A stretch of 64,000 nucleotides of DNA, from positions 11,408,001 to 11,472,000 of the forward strand of contig NC_043018.1 of assembly GCF_006345805.1 (NCBI RefSeq), in the 5' to 3' direction. This stretch comes from Octopus sinensis (lineage: Eukaryota). A program made the position numbers and the translations under genes. This document shows positions 63,139 through 64,000 of this stretch, one piece after another; the first letter of the stretch is position 1; each line of letters starts with the position of its first letter. The notes beneath the pieces were generated by a model. It searched no databases. It saw nothing but the letters and a program-made list of their open reading frames with translations, and was not told the origin of the DNA.

Positions 63139-64000
63139 CTGTTGAAAAGATGGAAAGAGAATATAAAGAAAGAAAACAATAAAATCAAAACATTACAAGA
63201 AACTGAAAGAAAATCACACATATGCATCAACTGTATGTATTATAAAATGTGTGTGTGTATGTATGCGAGAGAGAGAGAGAGAGAGATATGAAACGAAGTA
63301 ATAACAAAACCATCACCATCATCATATCATCTACAATCATCATCATCATTTTCCACCACCACCACCATCCTCATCTTCATCTTTTTCCATCATCATCAGA
63401 GAAAGACGAACGGGCAATGACAATAAACAGGAGGATTAGTACAGGATAAAACAGCCAGATTATGAAAGCTGTTTTATGTAATGAAGAATTAGAGAAAGAC
63501 ACTGAAATCTATTGAATAATAAATGAATGCTGGGTGTGATGGAGCAGCATTAGATCTAATCGCTAGAGTGATGAGGGTATTCGGCTTCGGTCAATGGCAG
63601 TGTCAACAAACAACAGATGAATGTTCTAAACTTTACCTTCATTGTTGCCATTCCTGTTCTTATCTTCTTGATTGCAAATGGTTGGGAGAGAGTGGAGTAG
63701 GGGAGGCATAATCAATGAGATCAATGTCAAGATATATTCTTTTATTCTTTTACATGTTTCAGTCATTTGACTATAGCCATGCTGGAGCACCACTTTTAGT
63801 CAAACAAATCAATCCAAGGACTTTTTTTTAAAAAAGCCTAGCACGTATTCTATAGGTCTCTTTTCCTGAACTACTAAGTTACGAGAATGTAAACACACCA
63901 ACATTGGGGGACAAATACAGACACATAGGCACACACAAAAATACATACATACATACATGCATACATATCAAATAAGTAACAGGATATCAGGTATTAATGC

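Noticed and set aside
63637-63700. Possible upstream exon with a DKNRNG EF-loop-like peptide
   Set aside because: That reading gives phase 1 but the next exon needs phase 0, and there is no convincing acceptor.

Overview
Eukaryotic, AT-rich, repeat-dense genomic DNA. The SINE families and microsatellite load suggest an octopod cephalopod (Octopus-like); this is an inference. Two spliced protein-coding genes lie on the minus strand. (1) The 3' part of an EFCAB6-like multi-EF-hand gene: 13 coding exons from 63138 to the TGA at 20828, all joining in frame through GT-AG sites (about 685 aa visible); it continues beyond the right edge. (2) The 5' end of TOLLIP: coding exon 1 at 14114-14137 in a CpG-rich promoter, a 13.5-kb intron, and exon 2 at 410-580; it continues beyond the left edge. 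The rest is mostly tRNA-derived SINEs of several families, decayed RTE, CR1-like and R4-like LINE pieces, Tc1/mariner and Helitron remnants, MITEs, a 49-bp x 32 minisatellite and a 960-bp tandem duplication. The most striking observation is two divergent intronic repeats (about 26178-26252 and 62141-62221, minus strand). Each contains all hammerhead-ribozyme core elements in a non-circularly permuted, pseudoknotted order, with compensatory base changes between the copies. Conventional minimal type-I hammerheads of Penelope-like remnants also occur (16947-17020, 25649-25715). No prokaryotic genes, rRNA, intact tRNA or CRISPR array were seen. All calls were made by eye, and repeat boundaries are approximate.
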